DNA of 64,000 nt, from contig CAVTTN010000002.1 in assembly GCA_963737655.1 (NCBI GenBank), positions 3,936,001 through 4,000,000 of the forward strand, given 5' to 3'. Below, piece after piece: positions 20,176 to 27,809 of the stretch (its first letter is position 1; each line of letters opens with the position of its first letter). Under the pieces are notes generated by a model, which saw nothing but the letters and a program-made list of their open reading frames with translations, did not search any database and was not told the origin of the DNA. The position numbers were made by a program, and so were the translations under genes. The stretch is from an uncultured Planctomycetota bacterium (GTDB lineage Bacteria; Planctomycetota; Planctomycetia; Isosphaerales; Isosphaeraceae).

Positions 20176-20718
20176 TTGAAGATTTATACGAAGACCGGCG
20201 ACGACGGCCGCACCGGATTGCTCGGGCCTGGCCGGGTGGGCAAGGATAGCCCTCGGATCGAGGCGTATGGGACCGTCGATGAGCTGAACGCCGTGATCGG
20301 CGTGGCGCGGACGACCGGGATCGACGAATCGGCCGATCTCCTGCTGGCGAAGGTCCAGGATGATCTTTTTGCGGTCGGCGCGGCGCTGGCGGACCCCGAC
20401 CCCTCGGGTCGGTTTCACAACGCGGTCGGTCCGGAGCGCTCGGCCGCTCTGGAACGGGCGATCGACGCTCTCGAGGCCGAGCTGACGCCCCTGACCCAGT
20501 TCATCTTGCCGGGAGGCTCGCCCTCGGCGGCCCATTTGCACCTGGCCCGGACCGTCTGCCGGAGGGCCGAGCGGCTCGTGGTCGCCCTGGCCCATCGCGA
20601 CCCCGTGCCGCCCGACCTGATCGTCTATCTCAATCGCCTGAGCGACTTCCTGTTCGTCCTGGCGAGGGCCGTGAACCGCCGAGGCGGAGTGGCCGACGTC
20701 CCCTGGAGCGGCCTATGA
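20176..20718 (+). CDS. PduO-type ATP:cob(I)alamin adenosyltransferase
   Basis: TTG start KIYTKTGDDG, AYGTVDELN, FILPGG, ARTVCRRAER, YLNRLSDFLF. Confidence 0.95.
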   Translation: MKIYTKTGDDGRTGLLGPGRVGKDSPRIEAYGTVDELNAVIGVARTTGIDESADLLLAKVQDDLFAVGAALADPDPSGRFHNAVGPERSAALERAIDALEAELTPLTQFILPGGSPSAAHLHLARTVCRRAERLVVALAHRDPVPPDLIVYLNRLSDFLFVLARAVNRRGGVADVPWSGL

Positions 20719-21479
20719 ACCTGGCGGGCAAGACGGTCCTGATCACCGGAGGCCGGCGAGTCGGCTCCGAACTCGCCCGGGACCTCGCCTCGGCCGGCGC
20801 CCGGATCGCGATGACGTATCACCGGGGCCGCGAGGCGATCGAGGCCACGATCCGGGACGTGGAGGCGCTCGGGGCCGAGGGGATCGCCGTCCGGGCCGAC
20901 CTGTCCGACCCCGATCAGGCGGATCGGGCCGTCGCGAAGGTCGTCGAACGATTCGGCCGCCTCGACGCCCTGGTGAACATGGTGAGCGTCTTCGAGCGAG
21001 TCCCCTTCGCCGATCTCCGTCCCGAACATTTTCACGCGATGATCGCCGCCAACCTGACGGCGCCCTACTTCGCGGCGATCGCGGCGAGCCGGACCATGCT
21101 CACGAATTCGCCCGAAGGTGCGTTGAAAGGGAAGATCGTGAACATGGGCGACGTGGCGACCGATCGGCCGGGCCGAGGGCAGCTCCCCTATCTGATCGCC
21201 AAGGGCGGTTTGACGACGATGACGCTCGCCCTGGCCCGCGAGCTCGCCCCGTTCGTGACGGTGAACCTGGTCCAGCCCTCGACGATCGACCCTCCGCCGG
21301 GGACGTCCGCCTTCGAGCTCGACCAGATCGCCGAAGCCTCCCCCTTGAAGCGACTCGGGACGCCCGGGGATGCCAATCGCCTGATCCGCTTCCTGCTCGA
21401 AGGCACCGACTTCGCCACCGGAGGCTGCTACCGGATCGACGGCGGGCGGTTCCTCGGGACCGACGATCCTCGCGACTGA
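20715..21479 (+). CDS. SDR oxidoreductase, pteridine reductase/FolM-like
   Basis: LITGGRRVG, YxxxK (YLIAK) and IDGGR. ATGA overlap with the adenosyltransferase. Confidence 0.85.
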   Translation: MNLAGKTVLITGGRRVGSELARDLASAGARIAMTYHRGREAIEATIRDVEALGAEGIAVRADLSDPDQADRAVAKVVERFGRLDALVNMVSVFERVPFADLRPEHFHAMIAANLTAPYFAAIAASRTMLTNSPEGALKGKIVNMGDVATDRPGRGQLPYLIAKGGLTTMTLALARELAPFVTVNLVQPSTIDPPPGTSAFELDQIAEASPLKRLGTPGDANRLIRFLLEGTDFATGGCYRIDGGRFLGTDDPRD

Positions 21480-21487
21480 ACGGCGGC

Positions 21488-22015
21488 TCAGCGGACCGCG
21501 AGCCGCCTTCGTCCGTAGATCGCGTCGTCCAGGACGTCGCCGATCCGGCCGCCGTGGCTGATCTTGAGTCGGGGGTTGCGGGCCGTCCTGGGCAGCTCGA
21601 AGACGAGCTCGCTCGTGGCGGACGCGCCGGCGGGAAGAGGCGCCGTCAGGGGATCGGGCGTGCCCCGGGCGCGATCGAGAATCGCCTGCCCTTCGGGCGA
21701 AATGCCGGATTCCCGCCCGTCGTCCCCGACCATCACCGCCACCCGGCGATCGAACCGATAGGGCACGCGCCGGGCCTGGTTCTCGACCTTCAGGGTGACG
21801 ATCAGGAACGTCCTGGGCCGGTTCTCGACCGTCCATTCGGCCTCCCGACTCCCCAGGACGGAGAAGCGGAAGTCGTCAAACCGGATCGGCCGGGTCGTCC
21901 CGTACACGACCTCGGGCGCCAGCCAGGCCCGGAGGCCGATCGCCAGGAACGCGATCAGGACGGCCGTCACCAGCCCTCGCCGCCATCGCTTCGTCGCGGG
22001 CCGAACCTCGCTCAT
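21488..22015 (-). CDS. Membrane-anchored DUF4352-like protein
   Basis: N-terminal TM, FLIVTLKVENQA and LPAGASATSELVFELP. Its ATG overlaps the ispH stop. Confidence 0.65.
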   Translation of the reverse strand: MSEVRPATKRWRRGLVTAVLIAFLAIGLRAWLAPEVVYGTTRPIRFDDFRFSVLGSREAEWTVENRPRTFLIVTLKVENQARRVPYRFDRRVAVMVGDDGRESGISPEGQAILDRARGTPDPLTAPLPAGASATSELVFELPRTARNPRLKISHGGRIGDVLDDAIYGRRRLAVR

Positions 22016-22914
22016 CGCGAACCCTCCCTCGCGCCGAACCCCACCGGGGCCGCATCGTTCCACTCGCTGAGGTTGCGGGCGATCGCCTCGATTTCCTCCT
22101 GGACGGCGTCAATCGTGGAGTCCAGGGTCGAGGTCCCGGCGGTCAGGCCGATGGTCTCGAACCCGTCGAACCAGTCCGGGTCGAGGTCGCCCGGCCCCTG
22201 GACGTGGACGGTCGGGACCCCTCGGGCCCGGCAGGTCGCGACCAGTTCCTTCGTGTTGTTCGAGGTCTTCCCGCCGACGACCACCACGGCGTCGACCCGC
22301 TCCAGGAGGCGGTCCAGGGCCCGTTGATGATCCTTCGTCGGTCGGCAAACGGTGTCCACGAACCGGACCTCGGCATGAGGATTTGCCCGTTCGATCGCCT
22401 CGACGACCGTCTTGACCGTGGCCTGGGTCGCGGTGGTCTGGCAGACGATCCCGAGGCGGTCGGCCTCATAGGTCCGGACGTGATCGGCCGAAGCGACGAC
22501 TTCGAAGCGGTCGAGATCGCCGGTCAGGCCGAGCACCTCGACGTGCCCCGGCTTGCCGATCACCAGGACGAAATAGCCGAGGTCGCGCAGGACCAGGGCC
22601 GCCTGATGGGCGCGGGTCACGAGGGGGCAAGTCGTGTCGATCAGCCTCTTGCCGGCCGATTCGAGCCGGGCCCTCTCCGAGTCGCTCACGCCGTGGGCCG
22701 TGATCAGGACGACGGGCGTGGCGGGCAGGGCCTCGCGATCGGCCTCGGACCGCCGGGCGAACCCCCGGGCGTCGAGCTGATGAAGGACGGCCTCGTTATG
22801 AACCAGGTCCCCGTGGATCGTGACCGAGCCCGGGTCGTCGATCGAGTCGAGGACCGCGAGGGCGTCGCGGACCCCGAAACACATCCCCAGCACCTCCGGC
22901 CGGATCACCCTCAT
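22012..22914 (-). CDS. ispH: 4-hydroxy-3-methylbut-2-enyl diphosphate reductase
   Basis: GMCFGV, LVHN, AHGV, DTTCPLV, HVEV, QTT, DTVCRPT, SNN and TAGTST. Confidence 0.95.
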   Translation of the reverse strand: MRVIRPEVLGMCFGVRDALAVLDSIDDPGSVTIHGDLVHNEAVLHQLDARGFARRSEADREALPATPVVLITAHGVSDSERARLESAGKRLIDTTCPLVTRAHQAALVLRDLGYFVLVIGKPGHVEVLGLTGDLDRFEVVASADHVRTYEADRLGIVCQTTATQATVKTVVEAIERANPHAEVRFVDTVCRPTKDHQRALDRLLERVDAVVVVGGKTSNNTKELVATCRARGVPTVHVQGPGDLDPDWFDGFETIGLTAGTSTLDSTIDAVQEEIEAIARNLSEWNDAAPVGFGAREGSR

Positions 22915-22949
22915 CGTCAGGCCTCCTGCGGACTTCAGGGAACAAGGTT

Positions 22950-22964
22950 CTTTGCAGAGCAAAG
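22950..22964. promoter_or_regulatory. Putative operator CTTTGC-AGA-GCAAAG upstream of ispH
   Basis: Perfect 6-3-6 palindrome 35 nt upstream of the ispH ATG; near-identical to the site at 24136-24150. Confidence 0.65.
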
Positions 22965-23040
22965 CATCAAGGCCCAAACAAGGCCCGCAAGACGCGGGCC
23001 CACCGAACATCCTCACTCACTCAAATCCCTCGAAACCCAC

Positions 23041-23096
23041 CACTGCCCACTGCCCACTGCTTCCTGCCCACTGCCCACTGCCCACTGCCCACTACT
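23041..23096. repeat. Heptamer tandem repeat (CACTGCC)x8, three units imperfect
   Basis: Read directly between the regulator stop and the ispH upstream region. Confidence 0.92.
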
Positions 23097-23106
23097 GTAG
23101 GACAAA

Positions 23107-23520
23107 TCAGGCCGGCGACCAGCCCTCGGCGACCTTCGGGGCGGGCGCCCCCTGGCGGGCGGCGGCCAGCGCGTCGGCGATGACGTTTTCGAGCTCGGCG
23201 AGGTAGTCGAGGAATCGCCGACGGCCTTCGTCGGTGAGCCGGCAGAGGGTCTGCGGCCTCTTGTGGGAATAGCCCTTCCAGACTTCCACGAGCCCCTCGT
23301 CATGAAGGACCTGGAGATGGCGGCTGAGGTTGCCGTCGGTCAGGGCGCAGAGGTCCTTCAGGTCGCCGAAGAGGAGGCCCCGGGGATGCGAGGCCAGCGA
23401 CGTCATGATGCCGAGCCGGGCCTTCTCGTGGATCGCGCGTTCGAGGCCGTCGTACGCGAATCGGCCCGAGGGATTCGGCTCGACCGGCGCGGCCTGGGGA
23501 TCGGCTTTACGCTTCGACAT
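23107..23520 (-). CDS. Winged-helix transcriptional regulator (HTH_34/ArsR-MarR-like)
   Basis: IHEKARLGIMTSL, LTDGNLSRHLQVL, RLTDEGRRRFLDYL. Confidence 0.9.
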   Translation of the reverse strand: MSKRKADPQAAPVEPNPSGRFAYDGLERAIHEKARLGIMTSLASHPRGLLFGDLKDLCALTDGNLSRHLQVLHDEGLVEVWKGYSHKRPQTLCRLTDEGRRRFLDYLAELENVIADALAAARQGAPAPKVAEGWSPA

Positions 23521-24115
23521 CGCCCCTCTCCAGGTTCCAGTAAAGCACCGCCGCCGCCAGGATCTGCCCCACGCCGAAGGGCAAGCCCATCGCCCAGGGA
23601 GAGAGGGCCGCCGGTCCCAGGCCGACCACGAAGAGGCCGGTCGCCAGGTAGAACGCGGCCACCAACCACGTCGCCCTCGGCAACAGCCGGCACGACGCGA
23701 ACACGCCCAGGCCGAACAGGATCTGCCACAACCCCGGCAAGAGCGAGAACGCCTCGGGGACCGACCGGACGATCACCGCCGTGAGCAAGCCGCCGGCCAC
23801 CACGCTGGGGGCGAACTGCTCCAGGGCCAGCCGGGTGACCTCTCGACTCCACGACGACGCGATCAGCCGCCTCCGAGCCGCGATCCCCAGGCCCGCCGCC
23901 ACCCCGCTGACCACCGCCGCCCCGATCCACAGGCCCAGATACGCCGCCTTCTGGCCGCTCGGATCGCCGATCCAGCCAGTCTGGACCACCGCCGCCAGCA
24001 TCGCCAGCCCGCCCGAGGCCGCCACCGGACCGGCCCGATACCCGCGGAAGACCTCCGTCCTCGCCATCTGCTGGCGGATCTCGGCGATCTGCGACAAGGC
24101 GTCATGCAGGTCCAT
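23507..24115 (-). CDS. Membrane protein (about 6 TM), co-transcribed with the wHTH regulator
   Basis: MDLHDALSQIAEIRQQMAR start with a GAGG RBS; overlaps the regulator start by 14 nt. Confidence 0.8.
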   Translation of the reverse strand: MDLHDALSQIAEIRQQMARTEVFRGYRAGPVAASGGLAMLAAVVQTGWIGDPSGQKAAYLGLWIGAAVVSGVAAGLGIAARRRLIASSWSREVTRLALEQFAPSVVAGGLLTAVIVRSVPEAFSLLPGLWQILFGLGVFASCRLLPRATWLVAAFYLATGLFVVGLGPAALSPWAMGLPFGVGQILAAAVLYWNLERGDVEA

Positions 24116-24135
24116 CGCGGCCCCTCGGTGGATTG

Positions 24136-24150
24136 CTTTGCGATGTAAAG
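24136..24150. promoter_or_regulatory. Putative operator CTTTGC-GAT-GTAAAG
   Basis: One-mismatch 6-3-6 palindrome 20 nt upstream of the ATG at 24115. Confidence 0.65.
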
Positions 24151-24202
24151 TATCCGCGCGGAGGGCCGTTGTCAAGGGGCCCCTTTCCCGAATGGTCGCC
24201 GA

Positions 24203-25300
24203 TCACTCCAGACTCCGGATGTACGACAGGACCTCCTCGACGTCCGACACGACCGCCCCGGGGACCCGGCCCCTCCGATCGAGCTCTCGGAGGAGCATCA
24301 GGTCGTCGAAGTCCTCATGGTTCTGGAGCCGGACCCGGGCCCGATGCCCGAGGGTGCCGTCGCGGAGGGCGTGGGCCTCCATGTGGTGGGCGATCAGGAA
24401 TTCGGTCCGGGGGGTGATGGCGCCGTCGAGCGCGTCGAGGGCGGCCCCGACGTGGTCGTGGGGGTCGATCGCCTTGCCGACGTCGTGGAGGAGGGCCGCC
24501 AGGAGGAATTCCTCGTCGTACGGGCGTTCCTCGCGGGCGAGCTCGAAGACCTGGAGGCTGTGATAGAGGGCGTCCCCCTCGGGATGCCATTTCGCGGGCT
24601 GTTTCACGCCTTCCAGGGGCTTCAGGAGGCCGCGGAAGAGGTCGATCGGGTCGGGGATTTCGCCGTCGTCGTCGGATTCGAGGGCGTCGGCGTCGAACTC
24701 GGGGTCGTCCTCCTTCAAGAGCGCCTCGAGCTCGGCGATCGAGGCCCGCTCGATCGCCTTGCCGGTGATCGAGCTCTTGAAGACGTAGGAGAGCTTGTCC
24801 TCGGGGTAGACCGTCAGCTCGAAGTTGTGGCGGTCGAAGACGTGGACGTGGGTGAAGACGCGGGCCTCGTTGTGCTTGACCACGCGCTTCTGCTCGACGT
24901 CGTACTCGAAGCCCATCTCCGAGAGGGCGTCGGTCACGAGGGCGAGGCTGTCGGTGAAGACGTGGAGGTCGATGTCCGACCCTTCGCGGACGTGCCCCGT
25001 GCGGACGCTGCCGATCAGGCGGGGGCGGAACCTCGCCAGGAGCTTCATCATCCGCAACGCCGCCAGGCGCATCTCCTTCAGCCGGTCGAGGCGTTTGGGC
25101 CCCTCGTGCATCCGGGCGAAGCTCTGGATCTGGTCGCGGATTTCTCGGTTGGTGGGCAGGTCGGCCGGTCGGTGCCGGTACTCGACGCCCAACTGCTTGG
25201 CGGCCTTGCGCTTGGCGGTGAAGTACTCGGATTCGGTCCGGGCGTACATCATCTGCGCGGCGAGGAAGGCGATCTGCCGCCGGATTCGTTCGTCGGCCAT
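24203..25300 (-). CDS. Nucleotidyltransferase + HD-domain fusion protein
   Basis: Pol-beta-type LIGSV..SDIDLHVF; C-terminal WHPEGDALYHS, LLHDVGKA and IAHHM. Confidence 0.85.
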   Translation of the reverse strand: MADERIRRQIAFLAAQMMYARTESEYFTAKRKAAKQLGVEYRHRPADLPTNREIRDQIQSFARMHEGPKRLDRLKEMRLAALRMMKLLARFRPRLIGSVRTGHVREGSDIDLHVFTDSLALVTDALSEMGFEYDVEQKRVVKHNEARVFTHVHVFDRHNFELTVYPEDKLSYVFKSSITGKAIERASIAELEALLKEDDPEFDADALESDDDGEIPDPIDLFRGLLKPLEGVKQPAKWHPEGDALYHSLQVFELAREERPYDEEFLLAALLHDVGKAIDPHDHVGAALDALDGAITPRTEFLIAHHMEAHALRDGTLGHRARVRLQNHEDFDDLMLLRELDRRGRVPGAVVSDVEEVLSYIRSLE

Positions 25301-25727
25301 GTCGAAGCGTGCGCCGAGTTCAGCCCATCGATGCGGCGCGGGGCGGGCAAGCCGACCCTGGGCCGGGAAGTCGGCCGGGATCGAGGTCGGTTGCCGGGCG
25401 GACCGTGGAATCGGGCCGCACGACCCATCATGCGTCCGGGACCGTCCCGGGTCAAGCGGGGAAAAGATCGGAACAGGCCCAATCCTTGCGTGTTCTAGAG
25501 TTTCAGGAGGCCATTCGGCACCATTCCATCAACCCGGCCCTAGATTCACGCATGGATGCAGTCTAAACTGGGGGAGACGGATTGGGATCGCGGGAACCGG
25601 GGATATCGATTATTCTCGGGGGCCGGCTCGATGCGATGAGTGGGCAGTCCGAGCTTCGATTTTGGGCGGAGCCAGCCCGGTTGGTTCGGAAACGCGTGGG
25701 ATCGTCCCGTTCCGGAGGCCGTGAACC

Positions 25728-26513
25728 TTGAAGGGCGAGGCGCGAAAAGTTCGGAAGCGGTCGTATCGCCCGAAGGTCGAGGCGCTGGAAGCGCTGCGGC
25801 TCCTGGACGCGAGCGCCCCGACGATCGCCCTGCCGGCGGCGGATCTCTCGGTGGTGGCCGGCGGCTCGGCGCCGATCGAATCCTCCTCGGGCCACGACGC
25901 CTGGGACGCCGCCCTGAGCGAGGCGAGGCTCGCCGACTTCCTGACGACGACCGACCAGACCTCGGCCTCGCTCGTCAACCCGGACGCCGTCGCCTCCGGC
26001 CTCTCGCAGCTCGACCGCTACCTGAACCGGACGTGGTACCGCGCCGGGGTTCCGGCCCAGGCCCATGATGACAGCACCCAGGCGGTCTACACGATCCTCC
26101 TCCAGCAATGGGGCCGGGGTCCGTTCGACCAGATGCTCGCGGACGTGGGGACCTTCGGGGTCCGCGAAGTCTTCAGCCGCGACACGCCGGATGGCCCCGA
26201 CTTCTTCCGGGCGATCGACACGGTCAAGAAGCGAACCCAGCGCGAGAAGAATTTCCAGTCGCTGGACGCCGGGGCGAACATCGCGGCGGCCGGGACCGAT
26301 GGCGCGGCCGAGGCCTGGCGAGGCGCCCTCCAGGAGGCGATCTCCAAGAACCTCAATGCCCGGGAAGCCGCCCTGATCCAGGCCACCATCCAGGGCCAGA
26401 CTCCGGCGGAGATCGCCCAGCAATGGGGCGTTGCGCCGAAGACCGTCAGCAACGAGAAGACTCGGGCCATCCAGAAGCTCAGGGAAGCCCTGGTCGCCGA
26501 CCTCTCCGACTGA
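25728..26513 (+). CDS. Divergent ECF-like sigma-70 factor with an N-terminal LExRxLL-like motif
   Basis: Region-2-like HDDSTQAVY and RAIDTVKKR; region-4 HTH LNARE..GQTPAEIAQQWGVAPKTVSNEKTRAIQKLR. TTG start with a GGAGG RBS. Confidence 0.7.
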   Translation: MKGEARKVRKRSYRPKVEALEALRLLDASAPTIALPAADLSVVAGGSAPIESSSGHDAWDAALSEARLADFLTTTDQTSASLVNPDAVASGLSQLDRYLNRTWYRAGVPAQAHDDSTQAVYTILLQQWGRGPFDQMLADVGTFGVREVFSRDTPDGPDFFRAIDTVKKRTQREKNFQSLDAGANIAAAGTDGAAEAWRGALQEAISKNLNAREAALIQATIQGQTPAEIAQQWGVAPKTVSNEKTRAIQKLREALVADLSD

Positions 26514-26581
26514 CCGCCGGAAGCGTCCCGCCTCCAAAAAGGGAAGCGAAGGACGCCCCCGAAAGTGCGCGCCCGGGCCGA

Positions 26582-26800
26582 TTATTCCGCCGTCGAGCCG
26601 AATTCGGTGGAAGGCACGATCGTCCCGGCCGATTCGGGCCGGGTCGGGTCGTCGGGCTGGCCGTCCTTCGGCATGTCGGGAGGGAGGCTGGCGGAGTCGG
26701 GGCCGACCTCCGGCGCGTCCTTGCCGTGCTGGACGTCGCGCTCGCCGAAGATTTTCTCGAAGTTCGGGAAGCCGTACTTGCGGACGATGGGGCCGCTCAT
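26582..26800 (-). CDS. Small hypothetical protein (72 aa)
   Basis: MSGPIVRKYGFPNFEKIFG; the ATG is 1 nt after the upstream stop, with GGAG upstream. Confidence 0.55.
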   Translation of the reverse strand: MSGPIVRKYGFPNFEKIFGERDVQHGKDAPEVGPDSASLPPDMPKDGQPDDPTRPESAGTIVPSTEFGSTAE

Positions 26801-26801
26801 G

Positions 26802-27323
26802 TCAGCGCTCCAGGTCGAGGAGGAGACCGTCGATCGCCAGGCGGAGGAGCTTGAGGATGGTCCGTCCGGCGGGGACATCGCAGAGGCGAAGGGCCGGGAA
26901 GCTCCAGTCCAGGGGGGAATAGACCACGCCCCCGGACTCCCAGGGATACTCGCAATTCTCGGGTCGCCGACCGCCCCGACGGACGGCCGGGCTGAGGATC
27001 TCGATCTCCTCGGCGAGGTGGCGGACCAGTCGCAATACGTGCCGCATGGACCTCAGGTCGCGTCGCTCCGACTCCAATTGCTGGCGGATGATCATGGGAA
27101 GGGGATTCGTAATATAGCCGTGGCTCTCCTGGAGAGCGGCGGGGGGCGTGCCTGCCCGGATCAGTCGGGCCTTGCAGAGCTTCTCGCAGGCCATCTGGAG
27201 GAAGAGGAGCCGGTGACAATCGGCGGAGACGGCCTGGGGGAATCGTTCGAGAAGGTCCCAGGCCCTGAGGTCGGCATCGGCCTGGCGGGCGTAGGCCCGG
27301 GCCCAGTCTGTCGGTTCGCTGAT
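26802..27323 (-). CDS. HEPN-like domain protein; the expected start codon reads ATC
   Basis: WARAYARQADADL..FLQMACEKLCKARL..SHGY..NCEYPW resembles the HEPN pattern QQAxEKxLKA / TH / RYP. Confidence 0.65.
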   Translation of the reverse strand: MSEPTDWARAYARQADADLRAWDLLERFPQAVSADCHRLLFLQMACEKLCKARLIRAGTPPAALQESHGYITNPLPMIIRQQLESERRDLRSMRHVLRLVRHLAEEIEILSPAVRRGGRRPENCEYPWESGGVVYSPLDWSFPALRLCDVPAGRTILKLLRLAIDGLLLDLER

Positions 27324-27655
27324 GTCCCGACTTCGACCGGAGGGGGGATCAACGGGCCGATCTGCCATCCGTTGGGGAGCTTCAACACGTCGTCGAGGAC
27401 CTGCTGGTACTCCTCAGGCGTGATTTCCAGGATCACGACCGAGAACTGGCGGCCCGACGCCTTCGAGGGGCCGAACCAGACCGGCATGATGCCCGCCGCG
27501 ACCGTATTCTCGTGGACTTCGAGGAGCTTGACCGGCTCCTTCGGGTCCTCTTCCGCCTCCGGGGACGCGAGGAGCCGAAAGATGTGGGTCAGTCCGTCCT
27601 CGATCTCATAGTGCTTTCGGGCGAGCTCGGCCGCCTCCCTGTCCTTCATCTCCAT
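27320..27655 (-). CDS. Hypothetical partner of the HEPN-like gene (about 111 aa; as sequenced it reads through to 27161)
   Basis: GAGGT RBS; EPVKLLEV..GIMPVWFGP..ILEITPEEY..LPNGW. The expected stop reads TCA at 27322-27320. Confidence 0.65.
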
Positions 27656-27757
27656 CGCCGTACCTCGGGATCGGATCGCGGGGAACACTCCGGGTCCGGA
27701 AGCATTATCCCGGGATCGTTCGCGGAGACAAGGCGGTGAGAGGATCCGCGACGATGG

Positions 27758-27792
27758 CCACGAGGGGGCGGGACAGTCCCGCCCCTTCGTGG
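27758..27792. terminator. GC-rich hairpin downstream of the isomerase gene
   Basis: CCACGAGGGGGCGGGAC-A-GTCCCGCCCCTTCGTGG. Confidence 0.5.
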
Positions 27793-27809
27793 GGTTCGGC
27801 GCCCGAGGG

